Made by a program: the position numbers and the translations under genes. From Bacteroidota bacterium (GTDB taxonomy: Bacteria > Bacteroidota > Bacteroidia > Bacteroidales > GCA-2748055): a stretch of 64,000 bases of DNA. Position 1 is the first letter of the stretch, and each line of letters begins with the position of its first letter. The DNA lies in contig JBDLIM010000006.1 in assembly GCA_039714915.1 (NCBI GenBank), forward strand, positions 7,230-71,229. The letters are read 5' to 3'. Of this stretch, positions 41,535 through 51,399 are shown piece by piece. The notes beneath the pieces were generated by a model. The model did not search any database and was not told where the DNA came from. It worked only from the letters and a program-made list of their open reading frames with translations.

Positions 41535-42646
41535 GTGATGAGCCTCAGGATTTTTTCTGCACCGGCCCTGTTGGAGAACTCCTTCAGGGCTTTTTTTCGT
41601 TCCAGTAGTTGTGCCCTGGAAAATGGCATACCCATTGTTCTTTCAAGCATTCGGCCCAGGTCTTCTTCTTTTCTTTCAATGATGCACAAGGAGCTTAATC
41701 CGGTACCTTCCACCATCTGGGGGTTTACCATGCAATGCCGACCTGCAAACAGGGCATGAAGGAGTTTTAGCTTAATGCCTGTGGCCTGCTTTGTATAGAG
41801 CAGGTTCACATGTGCATTTTGAATCAGTTTGTCCAGTTCCTGGTCGCTGGGATTTGCAACTATACGGATGTGGGAGTAAGCTGCCAGCTTCTTCACAAAG
41901 CGTTTTGAGGGATTCTTCCCTGCAACAACTACAGGTATCCCGGTAAGCGCCAGTGCGTCCCTGGTAAGTTTTAAGAATATTTCGGAATTTTCAGCAACCC
42001 CGAGATTCCCGTGATACAGAATATAATCTCCCGATCCTTCCAGTGAGCTCACTTCTTCAAACCTGTGAAATGCAGGGACAAACAAGGCATTTCCAAATTT
42101 ATTCTCAAAATAGCTTGTTTCATGTTTGGCTATGCCCAGTATGTGATCAGCATACCTTAATTTGGCTTCATAGCGTTTAAGTTTCCTGGATTCGGTTCGG
42201 AGAAATATCTTCCTGAAAACCTGATTCTCACTTTTTGAAAGTGCCCGGTAGTAAAAGTGCTCAATGTTGTGTGCCCGGACCAGGGTAAGCTTATTCGCAG
42301 CCTTGCATTGCTTAAGAATGCCCGTGGTATGCAATCCTTCAAATAAAACAGGAAAGGAATCGCCAAGGACATTCTTTGGCATAGTATTTGCATCTCTTGT
42401 TACTACAATGTAAGGATCGGAGTTCAGGAAGTATCTCAATCCCGATTTTCGGCGATAATAATGCACTCTGAAACAAAGGTCCTCAAGTTCTTTGGAAGGT
42501 TGGCGTCCATATTCAAAACAGTGAAGTATGATCTGGATCCCTGCGGCTCTCAGGGCTTTAAGTTTATAGAATATATCAATGACTCCTCCGTAATCGGCAG
42601 GATGAGGTATATTAAAGGAAATGATATGAATGTATTTTGCAGACAT
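41531..42646 (-). CDS. Glycosyltransferase (GT4/GT1-like, GT-B fold)
   Basis: 371-aa ORF. The C-terminal half has a GT-B sugar-donor domain pattern (...YHGNLGVAEN... / ...GIKLKLLHALFAGRHC...). Confidence 0.7.
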   Translation of the reverse strand: MSAKYIHIISFNIPHPADYGGVIDIFYKLKALRAAGIQIILHCFEYGRQPSKELEDLCFRVHYYRRKSGLRYFLNSDPYIVVTRDANTMPKNVLGDSFPVLFEGLHTTGILKQCKAANKLTLVRAHNIEHFYYRALSKSENQVFRKIFLRTESRKLKRYEAKLRYADHILGIAKHETSYFENKFGNALFVPAFHRFEEVSSLEGSGDYILYHGNLGVAENSEIFLKLTRDALALTGIPVVVAGKNPSKRFVKKLAAYSHIRIVANPSDQELDKLIQNAHVNLLYTKQATGIKLKLLHALFAGRHCMVNPQMVEGTGLSSLCIIERKEEDLGRMLERTMGMPFSRAQLLERKKALKEFSNRAGAEKILRLIT

Positions 42647-42691
42647 ATTAAACTTCTACTTCCAGAGAGCGTCTAACTGTTAAAGATAAGG

Positions 42692-42699
42692 CAAAAATA
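42692..42699 (-). promoter_or_regulatory. -7 promoter box (TATTTTTG) for the glycosyltransferase gene
   Basis: Exact TAnnTTTG on the minus strand, ~46 nt upstream of the ATG at 42646. Confidence 0.4.
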
Positions 42700-42830
42700 T
42701 TAACATTTTTTTAGATATTTTTTAAAGTAATAGCGCAACTTTTTTCATGTTTACGCGTTTATAAAGTGTAGAAAGTTTATTGATTATCAATTAGATAATT
42801 TCGTTCTTTTATTCTACATTTCTTTTCATA

Positions 42831-42892
42831 GATTTAGTTTTAGGGTTAGTTTAGTTTTAAGGTCCCTCGGCGCTCGCCGGGGGATCTTTTTT
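42831..42892 (+). ncRNA. 3' part of a candidate small RNA (U/G-rich block plus terminator), related to 2031-2106
   Basis: GATTTAGTTTTAGGGTTAGTTTAGTTTTAA followed by a plus-strand terminator. Shares TTTTCATA, TTTAGTT, GGT(T)AGTTT(T)AGTT and the GGTCC-initiated hairpin with the 1958-2106 element. The 5' end is unknown; the only nearby candidate -7 box is the imperfect TAATTTCG at 42796-42803. Confidence 0.3.
42861..42892 (+). terminator. Intrinsic terminator, plus-strand polarity, in a divergent intergenic region
   Basis: GGUCCCUCGGCG-CU-CGCCGGGGGAUC (12 bp if the innermost pair is counted, two G.U wobbles that would be C.A on the minus strand) followed by T6. Confidence 0.65.
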
Positions 42893-42893
42893 A

Positions 42894-42901
42894 TATCTTT
42901 G
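42894..42901 (+). promoter_or_regulatory. -7 promoter box (TATCTTTG) for argS
   Basis: Exact TAnnTTTG 19 nt upstream of the argS ATG, immediately after the terminator T-run. No -33 TTTG, because that position falls inside the hairpin. Confidence 0.4.
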
Positions 42902-42919
42902 TGCGTCATTTAGGATAAC

Positions 42920-44701
42920 ATGCAACGAATTGAAGATTTAATCAGGACTCTTTCAAAAGAGGCAGTGAAAGCAGCCTGGGATGTATCTGTAGAGGAAGAT
43001 GTTTTGCAGGTACAGAAAACCCGGAGGGATTTTGAAGGTGATTTTACCCTGGTGGTTTTTCCTCTGCTCAGGTATTCCAAATCCTCTCCTGAACAAACCG
43101 GAGAAAGCCTGGGCGGGTACCTGACAGAACAAACTGATCTGATCTCGGAATACAATGTGGTTAAAGGCTTTCTTAATCTGGTAGTAGACCAGAAATATTG
43201 GAAACAACTGCTTGACTCTGATCTTTCCGCAGTGGGGTATGGAAAATCACCGGTCGATACAGACGCTTCAAAGGTGATGATTGAGTTTTCATCTCCGAAC
43301 ACAAATAAACCCCTGCACCTGGGTCACATCAGGAACATACTGCTCGGACATTCTGTTTCAAAAATACTTGAAGCCAGCGGTTTACAGGTAAAAAAGGTGA
43401 ATCTGGTTAACGATCGCGGCATTCATATATGTAAATCCATGCTGGCCTGGAAAATGAAAGGAAAGGATGAGACTCCCGAATCTTCAGGACTTAAGGGAGA
43501 TCACCTGGTGGGCAAGTATTATGTGAAATACGATCAAATCTACAAGGAGCAGGTCAAATCGGCTATTCAGGAAGGTGTAATACAAAAGGAAGCGGAAGAA
43601 ACGGCTCCTGTACTCAGGGATGCCCGTGAGATGCTCAGGAAATGGGAGGCTGATGTTCCTGAAGTCAGAGCTCTGTGGCAAATGATGAATACCTGGGTTT
43701 ACGATGGTTTTGATCAGACCTATGAGCGACTCGGTATCACTTTCCATAAAACCTATTATGAATCCGATACCTATAAGCTGGGAAAGGAAATTATTTTAAA
43801 AGGATTGTCTGAAGGAATACTCTATCAAAAGGAAGACGGATCGGTGTGGGCCAACCTGGAGGATGAGGGACTGGACCATAAACTCTTGTTGCGGTCAGAC
43901 GGAACCTCTGTATACATGACTCAGGATGTGGGAACGGCACATCAAAGATATTCTGAATTTAGGTTTGACTCCCATGTGTATGTGGTGGGCAATGAACAGA
44001 ACTATCATTTCCAGGTGCTGGCCATAATCCTGAAAAAACTGGGTTACGACTGGGCGGATAGATTGTTTCATCTTTCTTATGGAATGGTGGATCTTCCCGA
44101 GGGTAAAATGAAGTCAAGGGAAGGAAGGGTCGTGGATGCTGATGATCTGATGGATGAAATGGAATCCACTGCCAGGCAAATGTCGGAAGAGCTGGGAAAG
44201 CTGGGAGAATTTGATAAGGAGGAGAGAGACAGGATCAACAGGCAGGTGGGCATGGGGGCCCTGAAGTATTTTATCCTCAAAGTGGATGCCAGGAAGAACA
44301 TGACCTTCGATCCCCGTGAGTCGGTGGACTTCAATGGAAATACAGGCCCGTTCATTCAATATACCTATGCGCGCATAAGGAGTGTATTAAGGAAGGGAGA
44401 AGCAATCTCGAAGGCAAGCGGCAGGATGGCCATGAATGAGAAAGAAGTGGCCCTGACCCGGATGATGTACGAGTATCCCGATGTGATTAAAGAAGCGGCA
44501 AGAACATATAATCCATCGCTCCTTGCCAATTTTCTGTATGACCTTGCTAAGGAATTCAACCAGTTCTACCATGATCACAGTATTTTAAATGCAGAACAAC
44601 AGGACGTGGTAAGTTTACGTTTACTACTGGTAGAAGCTGTGAGCCGAATCATCGAATCAGGCATGGATATGCTGGGTATCGAAGTTCCGGAACGTATGTA
44701 A
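42920..44701 (+). CDS. argS: Arginine--tRNA ligase
   Basis: 593-aa ORF. Class I HIGH motif (PNTNKPLHLGHIRN), the KMSK-equivalent region (GKMKSREG) and a C-terminal DALR anticodon-binding domain. Confidence 0.97.
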   Translation: MQRIEDLIRTLSKEAVKAAWDVSVEEDVLQVQKTRRDFEGDFTLVVFPLLRYSKSSPEQTGESLGGYLTEQTDLISEYNVVKGFLNLVVDQKYWKQLLDSDLSAVGYGKSPVDTDASKVMIEFSSPNTNKPLHLGHIRNILLGHSVSKILEASGLQVKKVNLVNDRGIHICKSMLAWKMKGKDETPESSGLKGDHLVGKYYVKYDQIYKEQVKSAIQEGVIQKEAEETAPVLRDAREMLRKWEADVPEVRALWQMMNTWVYDGFDQTYERLGITFHKTYYESDTYKLGKEIILKGLSEGILYQKEDGSVWANLEDEGLDHKLLLRSDGTSVYMTQDVGTAHQRYSEFRFDSHVYVVGNEQNYHFQVLAIILKKLGYDWADRLFHLSYGMVDLPEGKMKSREGRVVDADDLMDEMESTARQMSEELGKLGEFDKEERDRINRQVGMGALKYFILKVDARKNMTFDPRESVDFNGNTGPFIQYTYARIRSVLRKGEAISKASGRMAMNEKEVALTRMMYEYPDVIKEAARTYNPSLLANFLYDLAKEFNQFYHDHSILNAEQQDVVSLRLLLVEAVSRIIESGMDMLGIEVPERM

Positions 44702-44710
44702 TAAGCCCCA

Positions 44711-45862
44711 ATGCGGAAAGTAATATTCTTATCATTTGTTATTATTGGTCTTTCACTGACGCTTAGCGCACAGAAAAGCAGGGTAATTTCCGCAAACAAC
44801 TTCATTGAATCGGAAAGGTTTGAAGAGGCCAAAGCAGCCATCGAACTGGCTGTTCTGAATAATAAAACATCCGACTGGCCCCGGACTTACCTGGTCAAAG
44901 GATTGCTCTGCCAGAAGGCATTTGAATCCGGATTTGATAAAAAAGAGGACAAGAAGTTAAACCTGTATCCCAAGCAACTGTTTGTAGCTTATGACTCTTA
45001 CGAAAAGGCACTGGAGCTGGATGCACGTAAACGAATTCACCCTGCAGTTGAAACCCAGTATTATCAGCTGTTCAATGATTTCCAGAAATTAGGGAAACGA
45101 CATTATCAGAAACGGGAATACACCCTGGCCATGAAAGCCTTCGAGCATGCCCTGCTGGTGGGAAAGAGCCCCTTGATCTCGATCGAGATTGATACAGGTC
45201 TGATCTATAACACAGCCATAGCAGCCTATGAAAGCAGGAACTGGGACAAAGCGATTCTTTACCTCACAGGTCTGGACGAAGATGCCTACTCAAGCGAAAT
45301 TACCTTGTTGTTACAAAAATCTTATTTGTCAGTAAACGATTCCCTTGCAGGAGAGAACGTTTTAAAGGACGGGATTGAGAGATATGACTATGACCGGACC
45401 ATAGTTTTGCAACTTGTGGACCTGTATGTGGATGCCGGACGATGGGACGAGGCCACCGCGCTCATGGATTCATGCATCATCCGGAAACCTGAAAATCATT
45501 ATTTTCCCTGGACCAGGGGATTATTGTACCAGAACAGGGAAATGTATGAACCGGCTATAGCAGATTTGATTTTAGCCTGTGAACTGGCTCCTGATGAAGT
45601 GGACATCTTGTATAACCTAGGAGTATGCTACTACAATAAGGGTGTTGAACTCAACGAATCGGCACTCCGCATACGCAGCAACAGCCACTACAGGGCTGTC
45701 CGGGCAGAAGCAAAATCCAATTTCAATGAGGCTGTAAAATGGTTTGAAAAAGCCCATCAGTCCAATCCGGAGCATCAGGATACCATCAGTAAACTTTTTC
45801 AGCTGTACAGTCGGCTTGAAATGACAGAAAAGCGCATTGAAATGCAGCGATTGCTCAGGTGA
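44711..45862 (+). CDS. TPR-repeat protein (secreted/periplasmic)
   Basis: 383-aa ORF with signal peptide and multiple 34-aa TPR-like repeats (W..A...Y..A....P). Confidence 0.65.
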   Translation: MRKVIFLSFVIIGLSLTLSAQKSRVISANNFIESERFEEAKAAIELAVLNNKTSDWPRTYLVKGLLCQKAFESGFDKKEDKKLNLYPKQLFVAYDSYEKALELDARKRIHPAVETQYYQLFNDFQKLGKRHYQKREYTLAMKAFEHALLVGKSPLISIEIDTGLIYNTAIAAYESRNWDKAILYLTGLDEDAYSSEITLLLQKSYLSVNDSLAGENVLKDGIERYDYDRTIVLQLVDLYVDAGRWDEATALMDSCIIRKPENHYFPWTRGLLYQNREMYEPAIADLILACELAPDEVDILYNLGVCYYNKGVELNESALRIRSNSHYRAVRAEAKSNFNEAVKWFEKAHQSNPEHQDTISKLFQLYSRLEMTEKRIEMQRLLR

Positions 45863-45874
45863 TCCTTATGGCAA

Positions 45875-47698
45875 TCAGAGTTTAAACAGGAGCGACAGGC
45901 CGATAAACTCCTTGAATTGAGCCCTGGCTACCTTTTTCTCACTTCCATCAGGCAGGATCACAGCCTGATTATCCTCATCGAAGACAGTAAATCTTACATC
46001 GTCGTCATAGATCAGGTGAAGATTGAGCCGGACGGTGAAAAACCAGCTGATCTTCTTGTCAAGCAGTAACTCCCAATCCACATCAATGTTCTGGGGCTTG
46101 TTCAGGTAGTTGGAGAATAACCTGACTTTATTAGAGATGCTCAGATCATCCATTGGACTGAATTTATTCATAACCACGAGTTGGGTACCCAGTTCCTGTT
46201 TTACCCGCTTGTCCGCAGCTATACCATGATTGGTCTGGTCAATCTGGGCTGTATCCAGCACGAAGGTATTCTTATAGGAAAGAGGAGCCAGGTTGATGGA
46301 AGTATGTTTAAAGGGTTTATAATCGATACCAAGACCTACGGTAAGGGATGCCGGATTCAGGAAGCGGGAAACTATCACCGAATCGTTGGGATAATTGTAG
46401 CCTCTTGCAATCTGGTTCAGCATGTAAAAAGAAGCACTTAAATCCACTTTGCTCCATTTATTCTTGTTTAACTTGGAGCTAATTTCAAATATATCATTGT
46501 TCTTTCTCAAACCATTTTTTTCAGCGATTACATTTCCATATTTAAGCCTGGCCGAGTTAATCCACGCCGTCCTGGTGTTTTTATTGTGATAGGTTGCATT
46601 TCCATTGACATCAAGCATGGTAGATAAAGAGTTCCCGCCCCCTTTTGCCCAGTGTGAAAGGTAGGTCTGGTTAAAAATCAATGCGCTGGAAAACCCGTAT
46701 TCCCAGAAAATGGGATCGGATTCAATCATCTCCATCTCAGCCAGCTTTCTTTCAGGTTCCTTAAGTGTGAGCGGAAGGGGGGCCAATTGAACCGGCGACA
46801 GGCGTACCACATCAATGGCATCTTCAAGGAGGATGGATACTTCATTGGCCGATGGATTGCCCATCCACAGGGTAATGGAGTCATCTTTAAAGTTCTTCAC
46901 CCAGAACCGGTATATTTCATGACTTCCGGAAGTAATCCATAAGGGCGTTTCTCTTCCGTACATGTCTGTGAATATCATCCGGGTGGAATCTTTCAGTTCA
47001 TTGTATTTTAATAGTGCTTCGACGGCGAGTTGAAGAGAATCAAGCTGCGCTTTTCCATCTACCTTGTAAAAGGGTGAATTCTCACGGGCTACAGAAATGG
47101 AGATGGAATCCGTGTAAACCACATTCCCTGAATCTTCCGATAATGCGGCCGACCTTCTTATCTCACGTGAATCAAGGGAAGGTGTGATTTGGCCCGAACT
47201 ATACCTGTACATAGGCAAATCCAGTGATTCCAGTGCAAGCGTATCAATAACAAATGTCACAATCGTATCCGGGATAAAGAGGCTGGAGTCTGTTCTTCCC
47301 CCCTCATTCATAAGCGAATCAAGCTCTCTTTTAAGAATCAGGTCAGAATTCCATCCCACAGAATCAATGATGAAGGTGGAATCATTGAGCCAGCGTATTT
47401 CTGTGCTGTCCCTGAGTAATAAATCCTGATTTACAATTTCGACTCCGGAAAGATCCAAAACCGACAGCCGTTTTGAGATGCTGTCGTAAGGTTCATTTGC
47501 CTGGTTCAGCAAACGGATCAGATCACTTCTCAGGGAGTCATCTTCATTTCTCCAAAAAGAAGCATCTTCATTTAACTGATGTATATACTCCCCTGCTGAA
47601 AAGGGATCAAATTTCTGATAATCAGCTGTATCTGTCTGTGCAAATAAATTGCACACTGCCATCAATGATAGCAGTGTAAAAAGTAAACGGGTCATCAT
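45875..47698 (-). CDS. Putative outer-membrane beta-barrel protein (DUF3078-like C-terminal half)
   Basis: 607-aa ORF with signal peptide. The C-terminal half has alternating beta-strand pattern, an NQTYLSHWAKGGGNS motif and an aromatic/hydrophobic C-terminus (...LLFKL). Confidence 0.5.
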   Translation of the reverse strand: MMTRLLFTLLSLMAVCNLFAQTDTADYQKFDPFSAGEYIHQLNEDASFWRNEDDSLRSDLIRLLNQANEPYDSISKRLSVLDLSGVEIVNQDLLLRDSTEIRWLNDSTFIIDSVGWNSDLILKRELDSLMNEGGRTDSSLFIPDTIVTFVIDTLALESLDLPMYRYSSGQITPSLDSREIRRSAALSEDSGNVVYTDSISISVARENSPFYKVDGKAQLDSLQLAVEALLKYNELKDSTRMIFTDMYGRETPLWITSGSHEIYRFWVKNFKDDSITLWMGNPSANEVSILLEDAIDVVRLSPVQLAPLPLTLKEPERKLAEMEMIESDPIFWEYGFSSALIFNQTYLSHWAKGGGNSLSTMLDVNGNATYHNKNTRTAWINSARLKYGNVIAEKNGLRKNNDIFEISSKLNKNKWSKVDLSASFYMLNQIARGYNYPNDSVIVSRFLNPASLTVGLGIDYKPFKHTSINLAPLSYKNTFVLDTAQIDQTNHGIAADKRVKQELGTQLVVMNKFSPMDDLSISNKVRLFSNYLNKPQNIDVDWELLLDKKISWFFTVRLNLHLIYDDDVRFTVFDEDNQAVILPDGSEKKVARAQFKEFIGLSLLFKL

Positions 47699-47716
47699 GA
47701 ATTAATAAACGGGTAA

Positions 47717-48592
47717 TTAACTGTAGATATTTCCTTTTGCAGCCAACAGTGTATTGGTGAGCAGGGAGACACGGGTCATGGGTCCAACACCTCCCGGCAC
47801 CGGTGTAATATAAGAACATTTGGGTGCCACCTCATCGAAAATCACATCTCCCTTGAGTCTGAATCCCGACTTAGTCTCAGTGGAAGGAACCCTGGTGGTT
47901 CCCACATCGATAACCACCGCACCTTCTTTCACCATGTCTTTCTTAATGAAACCCGGAGCCCCAAGGGCTGCAATCAGGATATCGGCCGAGGCACATAATT
48001 CCTCCAGGTTTTTTGTACGACTGTGTGCCACTGTCACAGTGGCATTCATGGATTTCTGAGACATCAGGATGCTCATGGGCCGACCCACAATATTGCTTCT
48101 TCCAACCACCACACATTGTTTCCCTGAGGTTTCAATATTATACCTTTTCAATAATTCTATGATTCCATAAGGAGTAGCTGAAATAAAGGAGGGAAGCCCA
48201 ATCACGGTCCGTCCCACATTTACCGGGTGAAATCCGTCCACATCCTTTCCCGGATCAATGGCCTCAATCACCTTTTGTTCATTGATATGATCGGGGAGGG
48301 GCAACTGTACAATAAAGCCATCCAGATCCACATCCTGGTTAAGTTCCCTGATCTTGTCAAGCAGTACCTCCTCATTCACATCGTCCTCAAAACGGACCAG
48401 GCTGGACCTGAATCCGACCTCTTCACAATCCTTGATCTTATAGGCCACATAGGTTTCACTCCCTCCGTCGTGGCCCACAAGGATGGCTGCCAGGTGGGGC
48501 GGCCTGTTTCCAGCCTGAACAAAGGATTCGACTTCTTCTTTAATTTCTTCCTTTATAGCCTTTGAGGTGGCTTTACCATCTATTAACTGCAT
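47717..48592 (-). CDS. folD: Bifunctional methylenetetrahydrofolate dehydrogenase/cyclohydrolase
   Basis: 291-aa ORF. LIDGK..., YV..K.K, GRS.IVG.P and PGGVGPMT motifs. Confidence 0.95.
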   Translation of the reverse strand: MQLIDGKATSKAIKEEIKEEVESFVQAGNRPPHLAAILVGHDGGSETYVAYKIKDCEEVGFRSSLVRFEDDVNEEVLLDKIRELNQDVDLDGFIVQLPLPDHINEQKVIEAIDPGKDVDGFHPVNVGRTVIGLPSFISATPYGIIELLKRYNIETSGKQCVVVGRSNIVGRPMSILMSQKSMNATVTVAHSRTKNLEELCASADILIAALGAPGFIKKDMVKEGAVVIDVGTTRVPSTETKSGFRLKGDVIFDEVAPKCSYITPVPGGVGPMTRVSLLTNTLLAAKGNIYS

Positions 48593-48593
48593 A

Positions 48594-49910
48594 TTATCTC
48601 ATGTTTGGAATGCGCATTTTTTTCCCGGAAGTCATCATTTTCATCATCTTCCGTGTTTCATCAAATTGTTTAACCAGCCTGTTTACCTCCGGTACTGTGG
48701 TACCGCTGCCATCGGCGATCCTTTTTCTCCTGCTTCCGTTCAGCAGGGCAGGATTGGTCCGCTCGGCGGGCGTCATGGAATTAATAATGGCTTCAATTCC
48801 CTTGAAAGCATCGTCATCCATATCCAGGTTTTTCATGGCCTTGCCCATGCCGGGGATCATGCCGGCCAGGTCTTTGATGTTCCCCATCTTTTTTATCTGC
48901 TGGATCTGGGACATAAAATCGGTTAAATCGAACTGATTCTTGGCAATCTTCTTCTGAAGCTTTCGGGCTTCTTCCTGGTCGAATTGCTCCTGAGCTTTCT
49001 CAACCAGGGAGACTATGTCACCCATGCCCAGGATCCGGTCAGCCATCCGCTTTGGGTGAAAAGCATCCAGGGCATCCATTTTTTCACCGGTACCCACAAA
49101 TTTAATGGGTTTATCCACCACCGAACGAATGGATAAAGCAGCTCCACCCCTGGTATCCCCATCCAGCTTGGTCAGTACCACACCGTCGAAATCAAGCCGT
49201 TCATTAAACTCCCTGGCTGTATTCACGGCATCCTGACCGGTCATGGAGTCCACCACAAATAGAATTTCGTGGGGAGTAATTGCATCCTTAACAGCAGCAA
49301 TCTCTTTCATCATCTCCTCGTCAATGGCAAGGCGTCCGGCAGTATCCACGATTACTGTATCATGACCTTTCATTTTTGCCTCCTTCACAGCAGCCTTGGC
49401 AATCTTGACAGGATTCATATTTCCTTCCTCGGTATAAACCGGAACGCTTACCTGCTCTCCCACAACCTGCAGCTGGTCAATGGCCGCCGGACGATACACG
49501 TCACCCGCCACCAGCAGGGGCGTCTTACCCTGTTTGCTTTTCAGAAGCATCGCCAGTTTTCCCGAAAAGGTGGTCTTACCCGAACCCTGCAATCCGGCGA
49601 TTAGTATAACAGTCGGATTTCCCTTCAGATTCATGGGCACGTTTTCGCCACCCATGAGCGTGGTCAGATGATCATGTACGATCTTAACCATCATCTCAGA
49701 AGGTTTTACAGCAGTCAGGATCTTCTGTCCCAGTGCCTCCTTCTTGACTTCTTCGGTAAACTGTTTGGCTATTTTAAAATTGACATCCGCATCCAGAAGC
49801 GCACGCCTCACCTCTTTCAGGGTCTCCGCCACATTGATCTCAGTGATCCTTCCCTGTCCCTTCAGGATCTTAAACGATCGCTCAAGTCTTTCTGATAGAT
49901 TTTCAAACAT
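48594..49910 (-). CDS. ffh: Signal recognition particle protein Ffh
   Basis: 438-aa ORF. N domain, G domain ([19 protein letters not shown]) and a Met-rich M domain. Confidence 0.97.
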   Translation of the reverse strand: MFENLSERLERSFKILKGQGRITEINVAETLKEVRRALLDADVNFKIAKQFTEEVKKEALGQKILTAVKPSEMMVKIVHDHLTTLMGGENVPMNLKGNPTVILIAGLQGSGKTTFSGKLAMLLKSKQGKTPLLVAGDVYRPAAIDQLQVVGEQVSVPVYTEEGNMNPVKIAKAAVKEAKMKGHDTVIVDTAGRLAIDEEMMKEIAAVKDAITPHEILFVVDSMTGQDAVNTAREFNERLDFDGVVLTKLDGDTRGGAALSIRSVVDKPIKFVGTGEKMDALDAFHPKRMADRILGMGDIVSLVEKAQEQFDQEEARKLQKKIAKNQFDLTDFMSQIQQIKKMGNIKDLAGMIPGMGKAMKNLDMDDDAFKGIEAIINSMTPAERTNPALLNGSRRKRIADGSGTTVPEVNRLVKQFDETRKMMKMMTSGKKMRIPNMR

Positions 49911-49936
49911 CTGATGTAGAATCGATTTTCAAGCTG

Positions 49937-49944
49937 CAAAATTA
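49937..49944 (-). promoter_or_regulatory. -7 promoter box (TAATTTTG) for ffh-folD
   Basis: Exact TAnnTTTG on the minus strand, 27-34 nt upstream of the ffh ATG at 49910. Confidence 0.45.
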
Positions 49945-49987
49945 GCTAAAATCAACCAGACATAAAAAAAGCGGAGACAAAGTCTGT

Positions 49988-51280
49988 TTAATCTTCCTCA
50001 GCCTTCACCGGAAGGATTCCCATCAGGGAGATATCATTCAGATCTGAATAATCATAAATGTAAAATCCCTCATCCCCGATCATAAGCAGGAAGGAACCCA
50101 GTGGGATTACATCATAGGCGTGAATATCAGGGAATTCAGCCAGTTTATGTGAGGTAATATTTTGGTAATCGGAGGCATCATAAACTTTGAGTCCATAGGA
50201 GCCTTCGCAGACGAAGAGGGTATTCCCGTCCACACCCAGGCCATAGGGCTCTTTCATGGCAAAGGATGACATCCGCCTGGGATCGTGCTTGTTGCTGATA
50301 TCGATCACTTCCAGCAGGTTCTGGTCACCCCCGCACCTGTTGCCTGCCCTCAGGGTCACATAGGCCCTGTCACCTTCCACCACCACCGGATCGCAGGCAG
50401 TAATATGCTGATAGGTAGACAGGAGATTAGGTACAGAAGGTTGTTCCAGGCCAAGGATATGCATCCCGTTGGATGTGCCCACATACATGTGGCCATCTGC
50501 AATAAACAGGGTTTCCACATTTCCCCAAAGGTATTGTTCATATTCCACCTCGGCCTGATCGGGATCGCTGATTTTAATGCTTTTCAATTTGGCTGTACTT
50601 TCAAGGGCATAGAGGTAATCATCATAGGTAATAAATCTGGCCATGGATCCTCCAACTCCATAGGAATTGCCACTTGCTCCCACCTGTATATTGGGACTCA
50701 TGCTGCTTGCATCAAGCCGGGAATACTCCCAAAAGACAGGCCATGGACGGGGATTGTGATAGACCTCCCGCGTTATTTCCTTTACTTGATAGTGCGTAAT
50801 TACTCCTTTTTCTTCGTCAATCTCGTCCAGGGGATATTCCGGATCATAGGGTGGGATCACATATTCAAACAGTTCTTCAATGCGTTTGATCTCAGTGGGC
50901 TGCAGTGGATTTGATATATCAATCAGCAAAAGATCCAGGTAAGAGTCGGCATAAAGCACATCGTTTCTGATGGCCATATCCACATTTCCGGGAATTTCTA
51001 TAAATGCTTTCTGCTCCGGGTTCTCGGGATCGGACATATCCACCACATGAATTCCTTTCTGATACTCATTGATATACATATACTGATCCTTGAAGTAGAT
51101 CTTCCCTGGCTTGACCAGGTCCTCAGCTTCCTTAGTGTGAAACGAGCTACGCAGTTCATCATAGCTCATGTAGATGGGTACATTGGCCATATAGGTCTGT
51201 AACTTCTTATCCTCACAGGAAGAAAGTACGATTATAAATGCGATGATCAGCCAGGGAATTCTCTTTGTGGTCCGGTTCAT
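49988..51280 (-). CDS. LVIVD-repeat beta-propeller lipoprotein
   Basis: 430-aa ORF. Lipobox (VLSSC). Repeated (L/I)x(V/I)(V/I)D(I/M)S(D/N)P units: IHVVDMSDP, LLLIDISNP, LEVIDISNK. Confidence 0.7.
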   Translation of the reverse strand: MNRTTKRIPWLIIAFIIVLSSCEDKKLQTYMANVPIYMSYDELRSSFHTKEAEDLVKPGKIYFKDQYMYINEYQKGIHVVDMSDPENPEQKAFIEIPGNVDMAIRNDVLYADSYLDLLLIDISNPLQPTEIKRIEELFEYVIPPYDPEYPLDEIDEEKGVITHYQVKEITREVYHNPRPWPVFWEYSRLDASSMSPNIQVGASGNSYGVGGSMARFITYDDYLYALESTAKLKSIKISDPDQAEVEYEQYLWGNVETLFIADGHMYVGTSNGMHILGLEQPSVPNLLSTYQHITACDPVVVEGDRAYVTLRAGNRCGGDQNLLEVIDISNKHDPRRMSSFAMKEPYGLGVDGNTLFVCEGSYGLKVYDASDYQNITSHKLAEFPDIHAYDVIPLGSFLLMIGDEGFYIYDYSDLNDISLMGILPVKAEED

Positions 51281-51399
51281 GGTAATAAAGTTATTTTATC
51301 CTTAAGATGCATGCATGCTGCACCGGGTTGCGTAGCCACGCAACCTTTTCCCGGCATTGCTCATCCTGACAGTACAAAAACACCGAACCTGACAACCTT

